From NCBI GenBank assembly GCA_010909165.1, contig MU008164.1, positions 1,550,001 to 1,614,000 on the forward strand: a DNA stretch of 64,000 nucleotides, given 5' to 3'. Under the pieces are notes generated by a model. It was not told the DNA's origin. It ran no database searches and saw nothing but the letters and a program-made list of their open reading frames with translations. Positions 61,919 through 64,000 of the stretch are shown here, piece after piece (the stretch's first letter is position 1; every line of letters begins with the position of its first letter). A program made the position numbers and the translations under genes. This stretch comes from Anthoceros angustus. Its lineage: Eukaryota > Plantae > Anthocerotophyta.

Positions 61919-63481
61919 ATGGGCGGGGGGTTTATGGATGATATGCCTTATTACACTTACAAGCCTTCGAGGCGGTACCCCCCGGGCTCGCCCTGGGGAT
62001 CCAGGAATGTTGTGCGAAGTCCTTACTTCCCCGAGCCGGAGGCGACCGATACTGCCGAGCCCTACTACAATGGAGGTGTGAATGGATACCATCGGGTACC
62101 TGCTGTTGCGGAGAGGCATGGCAGGGGTCAGAAGCCGCCCGTGGAGACTGCAAGGGTGCCAGTGCGGAAGATAGTTGTAACGGACGGGAAGGATGCCCGG
62201 AAGGAGACCCCGAAGGAGACCCGGAAGGAGACTTCACGTGTGAGTGAGGAAGCCAAGAAGCCTCCGAAGAAGTGGTTTGATAATGCGGATGAAGCGGCGA
62301 GGTATGTGCAATGCAGGTATCGAGGATATGTGGTGCGGAAGACGCAGCCGTTGAAGCATCTGCGGATTATCAAGGAGGTTGGGGAGAAGTTAAAGCATTT
62401 TCAGACGCAAGCGTGTGACCCGGAGTATCTGGAAAAGCTCCGAGAGAACAACATGGAGCGACTGAAGTTCAACGAGATGATTATGCATCAGCTGCTGAAG
62501 TTGGACAGTCTTCAAGGAGTGCATCCGGTGGTGCGGGATATGCGGAAGGCAGTTACTCGGGAGTTGGTCAGGCTGCAGGATGTCACCGAGGCCGCCCTTG
62601 CTTCCGGCAGGACACCTACTGCTGGTGATCTGAAATTCGTCGAAACTCCAATTAACAGTGCGGATGAAGATGATGCTGCACAAAGTTGTGAAACGGAAGA
62701 TGAGATGGCCGTGCAAGAAAACAACGTGGAAGAGGACAGTCTGCCCTTGACTGCGGAGGACGAGGAGGCGGCAGCTGCTGCAGTTGAGAAGATGGAGATT
62801 GATGATGAGAAGGGAGGGTTGACAGACCTCACTACCCCTGAGTCCCACGCTCCTGCAGACATTGTTGAAGAACAGCCCATGTTGGAAGTTGCCACTCCGG
62901 CTCTCGCTGGTGAAAGATCTGATGCTCTTGCCAATGACGAAGCGGAGAATAGGGCAGGTGCTTTCTCGCATGACGAGAATGAGGAGGATCGGACGTCAGA
63001 TCGAGGGCAACCAGCCAGCGGCCACGAGTTTCTAGGTACTGATGTTGATGCTGAAATGGAGTTGCCTGGTGTGCATAACAGTAGTGCAGAGACTGTCTCC
63101 ACATCCGCAGAGGGGGATGAGGTCCTTGTAGATGCGGAGACGACAGAAGCTTGCACGCTGAGTACGAACCCGAGCTCTGAAGATGTAGAGCCTGATGGTA
63201 GGAAGACAACTCGGGGAGAGTGTGATAGGAAAAGAAAGTTAGAAGATTCTGATGAAGGAGAGGGCAGCACCATTGATATACTTCGGCAGTTGAAGAGGGA
63301 GAACGAGCAGCTGAAGCAGATGTTTGAGCAAATGATGCATCAGCAAGCCACCTCCATCTGCCACTTGAGTGAGAGGTTAGAAAGGCTAGAGGATCATGTC
63401 CGGAGAGGCAAGAAAAAGCCTGCCAGTGGTCGAAAAGTAAATAGCATCCGAAAGTCAAGGACACAGATGGATGAGGACTGA
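61919..63481 (+). CDS. IQ-motif + BAG-domain co-chaperone (BAG5/6/7-like) with acidic tail and C-terminal coiled coil
   Basis: DEAARYVQCRYRGYVVRK (IQ) and LLKLDSLQGVHPVVRDMRKAVTRELVRLQD (BAG). First ATG 61919, downstream of the TATA box. Confidence 0.9.
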   Translation: MGGGFMDDMPYYTYKPSRRYPPGSPWGSRNVVRSPYFPEPEATDTAEPYYNGGVNGYHRVPAVAERHGRGQKPPVETARVPVRKIVVTDGKDARKETPKETRKETSRVSEEAKKPPKKWFDNADEAARYVQCRYRGYVVRKTQPLKHLRIIKEVGEKLKHFQTQACDPEYLEKLRENNMERLKFNEMIMHQLLKLDSLQGVHPVVRDMRKAVTRELVRLQDVTEAALASGRTPTAGDLKFVETPINSADEDDAAQSCETEDEMAVQENNVEEDSLPLTAEDEEAAAAAVEKMEIDDEKGGLTDLTTPESHAPADIVEEQPMLEVATPALAGERSDALANDEAENRAGAFSHDENEEDRTSDRGQPASGHEFLGTDVDAEMELPGVHNSSAETVSTSAEGDEVLVDAETTEACTLSTNPSSEDVEPDGRKTTRGECDRKRKLEDSDEGEGSTIDILRQLKRENEQLKQMFEQMMHQQATSICHLSERLERLEDHVRRGKKKPASGRKVNSIRKSRTQMDED

Positions 63482-64000
63482 TAGATGAGATTCATACAGG
63501 CTTGTTGAGGAATTTTTTCATCACTCCTAATGGAAATCATTTTGTCATATTGTGCACTCTTTGTTGATGCCTGTGTGTGGTCTCTGGCTTCTGTTGTGCA
63601 GAAGGTCTGGGTGCAGGCAGTCGGAAATATCCCTCGCCATCATTGAGCTGTCTTTAAAAAATAATGTTCTACCCAATACTGTTGTAGCGTCCATTGAAGG
63701 GCGCAGGGGAGCCTTCTTTAAGAAAGGGGCTTGTCTTGTTATGTATCCGTGGTAGAAGGGGAGAGCGGGGATCCAGGGTGACAGTGAAGGATCTGAATGA
63801 TATTATCATGTAGGGGTGCTCTGGATTTTCGAAGTCACGTACCTCTGCTGTTGCAACGAGGTCTGTAATAACATGTTCAGAGTGCGTGGTGAAAAAGTGG
63901 CGTGCACTGCCTCGATCCCCGTCAAGTGCCTATTGTAAAGTGAGCCTGCTGTTTCATTTAGAAGTCTCTGAGTGAGAACTAGTCTATAAACTTTTGACAG

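Noticed and set aside
62390-63464. Long minus-strand ORFs
   Set aside because: Antisense shadows of the acidic BAG coding region.

Overview
Eukaryotic, intron-containing, gene-dense land-plant nuclear DNA, most likely a hornwort (Anthoceros-like). That inference rests on the PLS-class PPR genes with DYW:KP-type deaminase domains (KPAxA box, HAEKLA, C-terminal DRQ/GRP), the short introns and the compact spacing. Genes in order: SAM-domain protein plus a decayed copy of its 3' end, an AT-rich repeat/TE-relic zone, a PPR pseudogene, two tail-to-tail ZIP metal transporters, an NFD4/nodulin-like MFS transporter, an intact DYW:KP(DRQ) PPR editing factor, SPCS2/SPC25 with a probable AT-AA U12 intron, an hnRNP F/H-like qRRM gene, a block of near-identical microhomology-joined duplications (25.7-41.7 kb, possibly long-read assembly artefact), an intron-containing LptF/LptG (YjgP/YjgQ)-like permease, a seven-copy tandem PPR cluster, a HEN2/MTR4 helicase relic and an IQ-BAG gene with heat-shock elements. 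The most notable feature is the 43.5-59.6 kb cluster. Its candidate U-to-C editing factors (DYW:KP, GRP end) carry an N-terminal PDF motif of the kind found in organellar single-stranded-DNA-binding (OSB) proteins. The copies include full-length, PPR-deleted and PDF-only forms. All family assignments come from motif recognition by eye; no searches were run.
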